From: Thermoplasmata archaeon
GTDB taxonomy: Archaea; Thermoplasmatota; Thermoplasmata; Lutacidiplasmatales; UBA184
Length of the DNA: 64,000 nt
Assembly (NCBI GenBank): GCA_049802875.1
Contig: JBARNH010000007.1
Span: 67,194 to 131,193, forward strand
Direction: 5' to 3'
Shown here: one piece after another, positions 38,048-47,578 of the stretch
Position numbering within the stretch: the stretch's first letter is position 1
Layout of the letters: every line of letters begins with the position of its first letter
Notes under the pieces: generated by a model
Databases searched by the model: none
The model's input: the letters and a program-made list of their open reading frames with translations, nothing else
What the model was told of the DNA's origin: nothing
Made by a program: the position numbers and the translations under genes

Positions 38048-39049
38048 CTATCGGGAGGCCTCGACTCTCTTCAACACGGTGAGCGCTTTGAGAGTGATCC
38101 ACTTGCTGGGCTTACCCGGCCCCTCGATTATGAGCGGCTTGACGCCCTTCTGATACTGTGCGGCCTTCGGCCCCGAAACGTCCGGATGGATGCGGTCCAT
38201 CCACCAGGTGCCGTCTCGTCGCCGCTTTTCCTTAAGGATCTCGAGTGCCGGCCGAAGTCGTCGGTCCCCCGCGAAGCCGAGCTGCGTGAGCACGTCGAGG
38301 CCGACCAGGATGTCGTAGTAATAGTGGTTAGGATAGTGCAGCCTCAGCCAGGGGGGATAGGGTCTGCCCTCCTTGAAGAGCCGCCTTTCGAGATAGAACT
38401 CCGCACCCTTCGCGGCCGCCTCCTCCATCTTGGCTGAGCGCTTGGACTTCGGTAGCGACGCGAAGGCGGCGAGGGGTTCCCAGACGTCCAAGGTGCCGAG
38501 CGTATCTTGAGAGCAATTCCAGCCACCGTCTTTTCGCTGGTCCTCTACCATCCAATCAAAGAGCTTCCGAATTCGACCATCGTCGGCGTACCCGAACCGT
38601 GTCATCGTCCGGGCAGTGTTCCCGACCACGCACATCTCTTCGTAGAAAAAATTGAACGGGGAGCTGAGGCGCAGTTTGTACTTGAACAGAAGCTCGGCGA
38701 CCTTCTTAATCTGCGGATTGGTCGCGTCGAGACCGAAGTCTGAAAGGACCAGCGCTCGCCAATTCGTGGAGTGGTACTTCGGATAGTAGAGGAAGTCGAT
38801 CCACTCCTTGAGATTCCTCGGCTCGCGACGTTCCCAAAATCCCTTCGGCCCCTGTTGACGAAGCTGTTCGGCCGCCCATCCGGCGCGGGCAATCATTGAC
38901 TTGGCATCCTTGACTTCGGAATCGTCCACCCGACGATCGAGAAGGTTGAGAAGCGCGTGATAACGGACGGCCGGCTGATACGGTTCGATCAGCCAGTCGA
39001 GTACTTTCTTGTCGCGCTCGCGGGATTCCGAAGGCGGTCTCGAGCCCAT
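38048..39049 (-). CDS. hypothetical protein (possible alpha/alpha-toroid repeat fold)
   Basis: 333 aa. Recurring aromatic/Gly-Trp motifs (RKDGGWNC, RRRDGTWWMD). No firm family assignment. Confidence 0.5.
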   Translation of the reverse strand: MGSRPPSESRERDKKVLDWLIEPYQPAVRYHALLNLLDRRVDDSEVKDAKSMIARAGWAAEQLRQQGPKGFWERREPRNLKEWIDFLYYPKYHSTNWRALVLSDFGLDATNPQIKKVAELLFKYKLRLSSPFNFFYEEMCVVGNTARTMTRFGYADDGRIRKLFDWMVEDQRKDGGWNCSQDTLGTLDVWEPLAAFASLPKSKRSAKMEEAAAKGAEFYLERRLFKEGRPYPPWLRLHYPNHYYYDILVGLDVLTQLGFAGDRRLRPALEILKEKRRRDGTWWMDRIHPDVSGPKAAQYQKGVKPLIIEGPGKPSKWITLKALTVLKRVEASR

Positions 39050-39156
39050 GGTCGAGTGGATCCAACGTTGTCAGGCGCCGGTCGGTATATGTCCGCTGCT
39101 GAAGGTTGATTAATCGGTCCCCACCAGCCTGAGCTCACTGGTCAGTCCGAAACGGG

Positions 39157-39178
39157 TGGTGCAACGCAGCTTGCACAC
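39157..39178. repeat. GGTGCAA-N6-TTGCACC family palindromic motif
   Basis: TGGTGCAACGCAGCTTGCACAC. Confidence 0.65.
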
Positions 39179-39233
39179 GCGAACCCGAGGATGCGGGGCA
39201 CTGATCTCGTGCTCAACGCCTCTGACTCGGAGT

Positions 39234-39255
39234 AGGTGCAATCTCCATCGCACTC
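39234..39255. repeat. GGTGCAA-N6-TTGCACC family palindromic motif
   Basis: AGGTGCAATCTCCATCGCACTC. Second copy within 80 bp. Confidence 0.5.
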
Positions 39256-39742
39256 ACTCGACCCCACCAGCGGTAGCCCGACCGGTCGCCCTCCGATGAC
39301 CCGAATCTGTCCGGGTGGGTTCCATTCGAGAGAGGAACTCCTTGAAGATCCGAATATCAGTCTCCGACCAGCCGTTGAACAGACCCAACCCGCTGCGTAG
39401 GACATGAGCGTGGGTCTGAATGTGCCGGTGCCGTCCGTGCGCCGTGGCCTTGACGTGTACCACCCGGCGGTCCTTCAGATCTCGTTGACGCTTCACGAAC
39501 CCCTCCTTTTCGAGCTGGTCCACGAGTCCGGTGACATGCGCAGAACTGACGCCGAGAAACTCGGCGAGCTCGGTCTGCGTCACGCCCCCCCGCTGCAGCG
39601 CGGCGTGGAGTGCCATGTGATGGAGCAGCGGAATGTTACCGATCCTGAATGATGCACCGAAGGAGGCCCGCGCCTGCGTCATCACCCGGCGCATCTGGCC
39701 GACGGTCTCCTCGATGAGTTGGGTGCGTTCCTCGGTCGACAT
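39254..39742 (-). CDS. MarR-family transcriptional regulator
   Basis: LLHHMALHAALQRGGVTQTELAEFLGVSSAHVTGLVDQLEKEGFVKRQRDLKDRRVVHV. Confidence 0.75.
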   Translation of the reverse strand: MSTEERTQLIEETVGQMRRVMTQARASFGASFRIGNIPLLHHMALHAALQRGGVTQTELAEFLGVSSAHVTGLVDQLEKEGFVKRQRDLKDRRVVHVKATAHGRHRHIQTHAHVLRSGLGLFNGWSETDIRIFKEFLSRMEPTRTDSGHRRATGRATAGGVE

Positions 39743-39816
39743 CGGCGCAGAGACCCATCCCCTATCTTCCTCAAGAAGGTTGTCCAGTCAACCATTCACT
39801 AGAAAATGATTTAATA

Positions 39817-40932
39817 GTGAACGATTATGCACTTCCCATGGCCGCCGCGCTGCCCGCGACTCAAAGCTCCTCACTGACCCATACCAGAGCTTCTGGTTCT
39901 CGACCGATCATCGAGGTCCGTGACCTCGTCAAAGTCTATGGAGCGGGTCGCGGCTTCGCGACTGCCCAATCGGTCCGGGCGGTGGACGGAATCAGTTTCT
40001 CGATTGCCGAGGGGGAGTTCTTCGGGTTTCTCGGACCGAACGGTTCGGGTAAGACCACGACTATCAAGATCGTCACCACACTCCTGGGCCGCACGAGCGG
40101 CTCCGTGTCGGTCGCTGGATTTGACCTCGACCGAGACGGTCCCACCATCCGACAGCGGATCGGCTACGCCGGTCAGTCGATCGGGGTGGATGGCGATCTC
40201 ACGGGGCGAGAGAACCTCACCTTGATGGGCCATCTCTACCATCTGCCCCGCGACCTGATCAAAGAACGCGTCAACGAACTCCTCAACGTTCTCCAGCTAA
40301 CGGAGGCGGCGGATCGACCAGCGTACACCTATTCGGGCGGGATGCGACGTCGGCTCGACCTAGGTTCCGGTCTCGTCCACCGACCGAAAATCCTCTTCCT
40401 GGACGAACCGACGACCGGGCTCGACCCCCAGACCCGCAACGCGGTCTGGGAGTACCTGCGGCGCGTCCATCGGGAGGACGGCGTGACCGTGTTCCTTACC
40501 ACTCAGTACATGGAGGAGGCCGATCAACTGTGCGAGCGAGTCGCCATCATCGATCACGGCCGCATCGTCGCGGGCGGGACTCCGGCCGAACTGAAGGCCG
40601 ATATCGGGGCGGACAGCGTGACGATCCGCCTCCCCCAGGACGAGAAGTTCGAGCTCCACCGAACCCAGGCGCTCGAGGTCGTTAGTTCGGTGGCCGGGGT
40701 TGCGGATGTTGCACCCTCCGAACAGGGGGTCACCGTTCATGCGCACAACGGCGGCGCGACACTCGTGGAGATTCTCCGCCTGCTCGAAGCGCGGCACATC
40801 CCCGTCAAGGAGGTCGCGGTCTCGCCGCCCACTCTCGACCAGGTCTTCCTCAAGCACACCGGCCGGGAGATGCGAGTCGAGGAAGTCAAACCGATGACAC
40901 GGCCCGGTATGCCGCGGCGGGGAGGACGGTAG
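39817..40932 (+). CDS. ABC transporter ATP-binding protein (ABC-2/DrrA-like exporter)
   Basis: Walker A GPNGSGKTT. Signature YSGGMRRRL. Walker B ILFLDEPTTGLD. An AT-rich promoter (AAAATGATTTAATAGTGAA) lies just upstream. Confidence 0.8.
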   Translation: MNDYALPMAAALPATQSSSLTHTRASGSRPIIEVRDLVKVYGAGRGFATAQSVRAVDGISFSIAEGEFFGFLGPNGSGKTTTIKIVTTLLGRTSGSVSVAGFDLDRDGPTIRQRIGYAGQSIGVDGDLTGRENLTLMGHLYHLPRDLIKERVNELLNVLQLTEAADRPAYTYSGGMRRRLDLGSGLVHRPKILFLDEPTTGLDPQTRNAVWEYLRRVHREDGVTVFLTTQYMEEADQLCERVAIIDHGRIVAGGTPAELKADIGADSVTIRLPQDEKFELHRTQALEVVSSVAGVADVAPSEQGVTVHAHNGGATLVEILRLLEARHIPVKEVAVSPPTLDQVFLKHTGREMRVEEVKPMTRPGMPRRGGR

Positions 40933-40933
40933 C

Positions 40934-41800
40934 GTGGCGACCGAGACGGGCCATGGTCAGGACTTTGTTTCGATCTCGGTCCCCACGACCGGTCTTGCCA
41001 ATCTGTTCTCCGACATCGGATGGGTCTGCTACCGGAGCCTCCGCAAGCTGAGCCGAAATCCGTTCCTTCTGATGTTCACCCTCATCATGCCCCTCATCTG
41101 GCTGGGATTGTTCAGCCAGACGTTCGGCACGTTGTTCGCACGGGGGGCCTCGCTCCCGGGCGGCGCCCCACTTCCCTACGACTACATCGCGGTCCTACTG
41201 CCCGGCATTGCGGTTTTGACGGCCATCCAAGCCGCCTCCCAGTCCGGGTTTGGCATGGTTACGGACATCGAAACCGGGTTCATGGACAAGTTCTTCGTGG
41301 CCCCGATTCATCGTGCGTCGGTCCTGATCGGCAAACTACTCGCTGACGGACTGCGGATGGCCGCTCAGGCCGGCATCGTACTCCTGATCGCCTACATCTT
41401 CACTCTGGCGTTCGGATGGAGGATCCCATTTGCCACGGGCCTGCCGGGTGACCTGATGATCGCCGCGTTGGCCGCCTTGTTTGGGGTGGCCTTCTCCGGG
41501 CTATCGAATTCGGTGGCATTGTTCACCAAGAGCACCGAATCGACGATGATGGTGAGTTTCACGCTGACGTTCCCGCTGCTCTTCCTGTCCACGGCGATGG
41601 TACCGATCAACCTCCTGCCGAGCTGGGTCCAGACCTTCTCCACGTACAATCCGGTGAGCTACGTCGCCACCGCCTCGCGCTCGATGATCCTGACCGGATT
41701 CAACTGGTTCGAGATCGGCCAGGCATTCCTCGCCATCGCGATCGTCGGATTCCTGCTCAACTTGCTCGCGGTCATCGCCTTCCGGCGTCAGGGCCGTTGA
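40934..41800 (+). CDS. ABC-2 type transporter permease
   Basis: 288 aa with 6 TM segments. Its start is 2 nt after the ATPase stop. Confidence 0.75.
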   Translation: MATETGHGQDFVSISVPTTGLANLFSDIGWVCYRSLRKLSRNPFLLMFTLIMPLIWLGLFSQTFGTLFARGASLPGGAPLPYDYIAVLLPGIAVLTAIQAASQSGFGMVTDIETGFMDKFFVAPIHRASVLIGKLLADGLRMAAQAGIVLLIAYIFTLAFGWRIPFATGLPGDLMIAALAALFGVAFSGLSNSVALFTKSTESTMMVSFTLTFPLLFLSTAMVPINLLPSWVQTFSTYNPVSYVATASRSMILTGFNWFEIGQAFLAIAIVGFLLNLLAVIAFRRQGR

Positions 41801-42008
41801 TTCCGGCCCAGAGGACCTCCCGAGCCCCGCTGCGAGCAATCACCGACCCACCCACTCGCCTGACCCCCTCCGGAAAAGGGTCAGTTGTGGAGGGATTACG
41901 CCCGGGCGAGGTCGATGCGCCTCTTGACCTCCGTCCATCCCTGTTCAGCGGTCGAGGAGGTCGTCGGGAGAGGGGGCGTCCGGCCTCGGCTGAACCGATA
42001 CGAAGGAC

Positions 42009-42500
42009 CTAGCGCAGCTCTCTCTGCAACCTATCGAAAGTCTGTCCCCATCCACCCTGGAACCCCTCTTCGAGGGATCCGACGCCCCCTGGGAAAGAGC
42101 CCGTTGCGAGAACTTTCACAAGGACAGTCACTCGCGTCCTCTTGGGGCTGAGCTTCCCGAAAGTCACCGTTTGAAGCGCCTCGAAAGGGACGGTGCCCTC
42201 CCCGGGTGTTGTGGCGCTCCTGAATACCAGAAGTTCTGGAACGACAATCTCCACAATGGTCCCAGCCGTTTCGAAGGTGATCCCCTCGGTGTTTCGGTCA
42301 TGAATTCTTATCGCACCTCCGGGCCTCGGATCCAACTCGAAGACGAGAGTGACGGCGCCCTCGGGGCCCCAAAACTTCGCTGCTTTCTTTGGGTCGGTGA
42401 ACATATTGAAGACCGACTCCCGCGGGAAGTCGAAGTCCCTCGATATCTTCACGGCGCTACGCTCTCCGTCCGTTGATTCCTTCCTCCACTTTTGGTTCAT
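42009..42500 (-). CDS. SRPBCC-family protein (AHSA1-like), partner of ArsR
   Basis: 163 aa. It overlaps the arsR stop by 4 nt. Second ArsR-Aha1 pair in the window. Confidence 0.7.
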   Translation of the reverse strand: MNQKWRKESTDGERSAVKISRDFDFPRESVFNMFTDPKKAAKFWGPEGAVTLVFELDPRPGGAIRIHDRNTEGITFETAGTIVEIVVPELLVFRSATTPGEGTVPFEALQTVTFGKLSPKRTRVTVLVKVLATGSFPGGVGSLEEGFQGGWGQTFDRLQRELR

Positions 42501-42805
42501 ACTGTTTCCTCTTTGAGCGTCTTCTCACGCCGGTCGAGCCTGCTGTTCCACCTCTTGGCCATATCGGCAGCCCACACTTGGATTTGGTTCACTGACTGCG
42601 GATTGAACGCGTACAGCCTTCGCTGGGCTCGCTTCTCCATATGAATCACGTTCGCCTCCCTGAGCACTCTGAGGTGTTGCGAAATCGCCTGCGGAGTCAC
42701 GTCGAACTCGTCGCAGATCTGGGACGCGCTGAGCCTGCCCCTCTGGGCAAGAATCTCCACTACTCTGCGCCTGCGCGGTTCTGCCAGGACAGAGAAGGCG
42801 TCCAT
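42497..42805 (-). CDS. ArsR-family transcriptional regulator
   Basis: FSVLAEPRRRRVVEILAQRGRLSASQICDEFDVTPQAISQHLRVLREANVI. An AT-rich promoter region lies at 42806-42860. Confidence 0.75.
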   Translation of the reverse strand: MDAFSVLAEPRRRRVVEILAQRGRLSASQICDEFDVTPQAISQHLRVLREANVIHMEKRAQRRLYAFNPQSVNQIQVWAADMAKRWNSRLDRREKTLKEETV

Positions 42806-43006
42806 AGCAGAGTGATAAAGTAACCACTTAATAAAGTTGTCACTTTAGTTAAATGGCATGAATAACTCCTACTCTTCCCGACCAGCACCTATTCCGGGAA
42901 GTGAGCGCTCCGCCGAGCAGAGCCGAGAGGGTTGCGCGAGCCGATCGGCTGATTCCCGCGGGTCGGTGATTCCACTCTCATAGCCCCACCGGGCAGCGTT
43001 CGGCTC

Positions 43007-44161
43007 CTATCCGCCGAGTCGGGCTCCCTCAGCCAGAGCCTTGAGCTTGCGAAGCCCGACCGCGTGGGTTACATTTTGGAACGCGGCGAACGTCTCGAAA
43101 CCGCAATCGGTCCCTCCCCAGGCGTTCGAGTGACCCACGGCCGCACCGAGGTGCTCGAGCCTCAGTCGGATGGTATCCGGAGTCTCGACGATGGGGGTCT
43201 TTACGTCCACGACGCCCCCGACGAAGGCGAGATTGTTGGGCCAGCCATGGTCCTTGACATATTTCGCTAAGGTGCGAACGTCCCCCTCGTGGTGAGGGTT
43301 CGCCAGCTCGCCGACGACGGCGGAAACCTTCAGACGAGCGATCTCGGGTAGGACCCGACTGAAGTCGGCGTCCGTCATGTGGGACGCGGTGTAGTTTCCG
43401 TAGCAGTAGTGCACGCGAATCCGCTCCTTGGGGAGTCCCTTGATCGCCTCGTTGATGGCATCCACGTGGTGCGGGAGTGCCGAGTAGAAGTCCATCCCCC
43501 AATCCGTGGCAGTCTGTTTCCCCATGGCGAGGTCCGGCGCGTCGATCTGCAACGTGATTCCGGGGACATTCAGGATCGCCTCATACTCGTGACGCAGCTC
43601 CTGAGTCAGGGCTCGGAGGTAGCTCAGATGGTCCGGGTACACCGCGGTGTTGTTCGGATAGAAGATCGTGATGACACCGGGCGAGGCCGACGGCTGAAAG
43701 ACGCTCGGCGCTCCCTCTTCCTTCGCGATCCGAACCGCGTCTCGAGCTTCGCGTGCGGCCCGCTCGCCCCCGGTATAGCGGAGGGGTGCCACGATCTTCG
43801 GCAGCGCGAAGACCGATGCCATTGCGCCCATCTGCGCCGCCATGGCCGGATTCGATTCGACGAACTCGGCGATCATCTCGGGGCTCATTTGCATAGGGAT
43901 CCGTTCGGTGGGGGAGAATCCCTCGAAACGGTTCGGCAGGTAGCTCGTATAGCCGGCGAGCCGTTGCTCGCCGTTCGACACTTGATCAAGGCCGATTTCC
44001 GAGCCCATCGGATGGAGTTGGTCGCGAATCGCCCCCCGTTCCGCCTCCAGATACGCCTGCTCGTGGTCTGTTGACAATTCCCCGGTGGGGCTCTGCGCCA
44101 GCAGTCCAATCAGGTCCTTCGACCGGAACCAGCTCCCCGTCATCGTTGTACGATACGCCAT
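43007..44161 (-). CDS. cobalamin-independent methionine synthase (MetE C-terminal domain / UROD-like) family protein
   Basis: 384 aa. RVHYCYGNY and GTDCGFE motifs, typical of the MetE-like Zn-binding catalytic domain. Confidence 0.55.
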   Translation of the reverse strand: MAYRTTMTGSWFRSKDLIGLLAQSPTGELSTDHEQAYLEAERGAIRDQLHPMGSEIGLDQVSNGEQRLAGYTSYLPNRFEGFSPTERIPMQMSPEMIAEFVESNPAMAAQMGAMASVFALPKIVAPLRYTGGERAAREARDAVRIAKEEGAPSVFQPSASPGVITIFYPNNTAVYPDHLSYLRALTQELRHEYEAILNVPGITLQIDAPDLAMGKQTATDWGMDFYSALPHHVDAINEAIKGLPKERIRVHYCYGNYTASHMTDADFSRVLPEIARLKVSAVVGELANPHHEGDVRTLAKYVKDHGWPNNLAFVGGVVDVKTPIVETPDTIRLRLEHLGAAVGHSNAWGGTDCGFETFAAFQNVTHAVGLRKLKALAEGARLGG

Positions 44162-44294
44162 ACGTCTCGAACCCGAGACCGGGAGGCGAGAAGGGTCTAA
44201 AGCGCCTTTGAATCTGGCCGCTCTTGCATGGAGTGAAACTAGTCACCTCCCGATGTAATTCTGCGCGGGTGTTCGGTAGAAGCCGGGAAGGAGG

Positions 44295-44316
44295 AGGTGC
44301 AATTGCCCTTGCACAC
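44295..44316. repeat. GGTGCAA-N6-TTGCACC family palindromic motif
   Basis: AGGTGCAATTGCCCTTGCACAC. Confidence 0.65.
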
Positions 44317-44514
44317 ACTCCCGGTGAGATCCTCCGCCGTTTCGCCGGACCCTTCATTCAAACGCGGTAGGTCCTGACATCGGAGTCTCTGCCACGAGTT
44401 TTTGCCCGGCACCGATCCGGTAAACGCTATTCTCGGGAGTAAACCGACTAACCGGCGCGCCGAATCGTTTAGATAGACCTTCCTTGGCTATACGACGGGG
44501 GTTCGGCCTCTAGT

Positions 44515-46803
44515 TTGCCCCCACACCGGATGAAACACCGTAGCCGTATTGTGCCACTGCTATCAGTAATCCTCGCCTGTGCGGCGTTAGTCCTGGCTTC
44601 CCTCTTGATCATGCCCACGTTCATTGGTGACAATACGGGCGCCGCGGCGCCCGAAGGTCACGCCGGCGGGCCGCTTTCACCAGCCATCAAGCAAGGGGCC
44701 AGTGTTGCTGCGGCGTGCGACGACGATACGACCTGCACGACGGGTGCCATTACGAATGTGGACGCAGGGGACACCCTGGTTGTGGTAGTGACGGAATTCA
44801 CCACCTCGCGAGGGGCCCCTTCCACGGTAGAGGAAGTGACTGCTGGCGGTGACCACGCTCTCGCTCTTCTCGGGTCCACCCCCTGCATCACGGGCAGCGG
44901 TCATGGAGTGACCGCCATCTATGGGCTAGCCAACGTCGCGGCGCAAACATCGATAACATTCACGGTCAATTACACTTCGGCCTCGTACTACACCATCCAT
45001 GGCCTCGACGTAGAGGGGGCAGCGGCCGCTCCGTTCGAGACCGCGGGCACGGGCGTCTGCTCGAGCGCTGCTGGCACGACGGGTGCTTCGAGTGTGTCCA
45101 CCACCGTGCCGGACGATTTGGTCATCCTGGGTGTGGAGGTCAGGGCTTCGACGACCTTTGCTGAGAGCGGCGGTGACACACTCGTGACTCAGGCTGCAAC
45201 CACCGGGGCGGACCTGGATTCCGGAGCGATGCTCGACGAGACCGACGCTTCCACAGGATCGATATCCCTCGCGGCGACCTTCACGAGTGCGTCCTGGTCG
45301 TCGATCGCGGTGGCACTGAAGACCTCGCCCCTCGTGTCCGGAACGGTCACCCCGTCCACCGCGGCCATTGACGCTGGTGAATCCATAGGCCTGGAAACGA
45401 CCGCAGCCACGGGTGGAACTCCTCCCATCACGTACCAGTGGTACGCCGCTACGTCGACCAGTAGTTGCAGCTCCGGGACATTGATTGGCGGCGCGACCGG
45501 TCTATCCTACTCCACTCCGGCGCTGTCGATCGGGAGCTACTACTACTGTGTCTGGGCTACGGACAACAGCACGCCAACCAACGAAGTCGCCTATTCCAAC
45601 GTCGCAAACGTCAGTGTTGACCCAGCCCTCGCGGTCACGATTACCCCCAACGCTCCCACCATTGCCGGCGGACAGACGGTGCAGTTGACTGCCAACCCGT
45701 CGGGAGGCACCGGAGCGGACAGTTACGCCTGGTATTCGGGGACCGCCTGCTCGGGCACGGTACTATCCACTTCCCAGGTCTACACGACCCCCGCATTGAC
45801 AGCCACGACGACGTTCTGTGTGTCGGTTACGGACAGTTCGTACACTCCATCGACCGCGTCGGCCAACGACACAGTGACCGTGGCGGCGCCCTCCTCACCG
45901 CTCACGGTCACGATCGCTCCGGCGACTCCCTCCATCGATTCAGGTCAATCCGTAGTACTCACCGCCAACCCTTCGGGAGGCACCGCGCCTTACACTTACG
46001 CGTGGTACTCGGGAGGCGCGTGCTCCGGTAGCCAACTGGCGAGCACACCAGCCTACACAACCCCAGCCCTCACGGCGACCACCGCCTACTGTGTGGCAGC
46101 GACGGACAGCGAGACCTCGCCGGTCACTGCGACGGCCGTGGCTACGGTCACGGTGAGCGCGTCGCCACTCTCGGTGACGATCACTCCCAGCGCCCCCACG
46201 ATCGATAACGGGCAGACGGTGAGCCTGACCGCCAACCCCTCGGGAGGCACCGGCGCGGACACGTACGCATGGTACTCGGGAGGCAGCTGCGCAGGTTCCG
46301 TATTGGCCGTCACCAAGGACTACACGACACCCACGCTCGCGGCCAACACAACGTACTGTGTCGCCGCCACCGACAGCGCATACCTGCCGGTCACTGCGAC
46401 GGCCCGCGCCACGGTGACGGTGGCCGCCGCGGCGTCAGTTCCGCCGACCACTCCGCCCCCGTCGGGATCATCGGCGACGCTGCCTTCGTACGTGTATCCG
46501 GTGGTCGGAGTTCTAATCGCGGCTTTGCTCGCAGCGCTCTTACTCGCGCTTTTGGCCCGCCGTGGTAGGAAAGTGAAATTCTTGGAGATAGGGCTCCCGG
46601 AGAATACCCTATGGTCCGTGACGCTGAAGGAAGCGGCCCTGAGCTCGACGAGCTCGAGCATCACCTTTAGCGCATCGAAGGGTGAGCATCCGTACGTCGT
46701 AAAACCTGTAGCCGGTTACGTCCCGTCCCCCGCGTCGGGGACCGTGAAGGTGGGTAAGGATCCGGCCGAAGTGAAGGTCACCTTTACGCCGCTCCCCCCA
46801 TAG
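44515..46803 (+). CDS. large surface protein with four tandem ~90-aa Ig/PKD-like repeats, a TM helix and a short cytoplasmic tail
   Basis: N-terminal signal anchor. Repeats share LTANPSGGTxxxYxWYSGxxCSGxxLxxTxxYTTPALTATTxYCVxxTDS. A TM helix (VVGVLIAALLAALLLALLA) is followed by a ~85-aa tail. Confidence 0.75.
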   Translation: MPPHRMKHRSRIVPLLSVILACAALVLASLLIMPTFIGDNTGAAAPEGHAGGPLSPAIKQGASVAAACDDDTTCTTGAITNVDAGDTLVVVVTEFTTSRGAPSTVEEVTAGGDHALALLGSTPCITGSGHGVTAIYGLANVAAQTSITFTVNYTSASYYTIHGLDVEGAAAAPFETAGTGVCSSAAGTTGASSVSTTVPDDLVILGVEVRASTTFAESGGDTLVTQAATTGADLDSGAMLDETDASTGSISLAATFTSASWSSIAVALKTSPLVSGTVTPSTAAIDAGESIGLETTAATGGTPPITYQWYAATSTSSCSSGTLIGGATGLSYSTPALSIGSYYYCVWATDNSTPTNEVAYSNVANVSVDPALAVTITPNAPTIAGGQTVQLTANPSGGTGADSYAWYSGTACSGTVLSTSQVYTTPALTATTTFCVSVTDSSYTPSTASANDTVTVAAPSSPLTVTIAPATPSIDSGQSVVLTANPSGGTAPYTYAWYSGGACSGSQLASTPAYTTPALTATTAYCVAATDSETSPVTATAVATVTVSASPLSVTITPSAPTIDNGQTVSLTANPSGGTGADTYAWYSGGSCAGSVLAVTKDYTTPTLAANTTYCVAATDSAYLPVTATARATVTVAAAASVPPTTPPPSGSSATLPSYVYPVVGVLIAALLAALLLALLARRGRKVKFLEIGLPENTLWSVTLKEAALSSTSSSITFSASKGEHPYVVKPVAGYVPSPASGTVKVGKDPAEVKVTFTPLPP
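45340..46440 (+). repeat. intragenic tandem DNA repeats (~270 bp unit x4) encoding the Ig-like modules
   Basis: Near-identical segments such as CCAACCC(G/T/C)TCGGGAGGCACCG...TACGC(C/G/A)TGGTA(T/C)TCGGG occur at ~45700, ~45962 and ~46232. Confidence 0.6.
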
Positions 46804-46869
46804 CTTTCTCGGCGCTCGAGACCCTCGATTGGCCGGTGCCGGAACAGTGTACGCCCGGGAAGGTAACCG

Positions 46870-47157
46870 CTATCGGGAGGCGGTCCAAACTACCGCACCG
46901 AGTCCGGTGGCCTCACATAGTCCAATCGCAAACAAGAACGGTGCGAAGGAGTCCGGGATAATCGGCATGGAGTTCAGGTAGGAGTAGACTGTGAGGGCGC
47001 TCTGCACCACAAACGCCGCCGCGAAGATGAGTAGGGCAAGTCCGAAGCCGGTCTGGGTATGCGTATACAGTCGTCGGTAGAGCGCGAAAAGGACGGCGGC
47101 GAGAGCGATGCTGATCACGCCCAGAACGACGCTTGCCTCCATGAGAAGGTCGCTCAT
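46870..47157 (-). CDS. small membrane protein (3 TM), hypothetical
   Basis: 95-aa hydrophobic ORF whose start overlaps the stop of the upstream wHTH gene. Confidence 0.5.
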   Translation of the reverse strand: MSDLLMEASVVLGVISIALAAVLFALYRRLYTHTQTGFGLALLIFAAAFVVQSALTVYSYLNSMPIIPDSFAPFLFAIGLCEATGLGAVVWTASR

Positions 47158-47507
47158 CGGAAACCCATCGCGCCGGCGTGAGAGTGGGCTCTCCCAGGAA
47201 TAGGGCCCGATCCGGGTCGCCGGGCGGTCAAAAGCTGTCTCAAATCTTGGAAGTTCTCCGAAAGGTAGGGGGAGAGTTCGTACGGAGCTGCGTATGCGTC
47301 TCCGACCGGACGGGCGACGGTCCCATGCCGCTCGAGCAATAGGAGGTGGTGGCGTACGGTTCGGTAGTCGAGTCCGAGCGACGACGAGAGCTGGTGCGCG
47401 TTAGCGGGGGACCGTTCGAGCCGCTCGAGGATCCGGAGGCGGTTCGGTCCGCCTCGGGTACCACAAAGAAGGTACCACATGAGCGAGCGGAAGCCCGGAC
47501 TCATCAT
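47154..47507 (-). CDS. winged-helix (ArsR-like) DNA-binding protein
   Basis: PNRLRILERLERSPANAHQLSSSLGLDYRTVRHHLLLLERHG. Start uncertain (ORF-track 47543). Confidence 0.5.
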   Translation of the reverse strand: MMSPGFRSLMWYLLCGTRGGPNRLRILERLERSPANAHQLSSSLGLDYRTVRHHLLLLERHGTVARPVGDAYAAPYELSPYLSENFQDLRQLLTARRPGSGPIPGRAHSHAGAMGFR

Positions 47508-47578
47508 GTCTCGCGAACGAGGGACCCTCCCTTTATCAACCAAACCCCCGGGTCGACTCCCTCCGCCGCACCGCCTGG

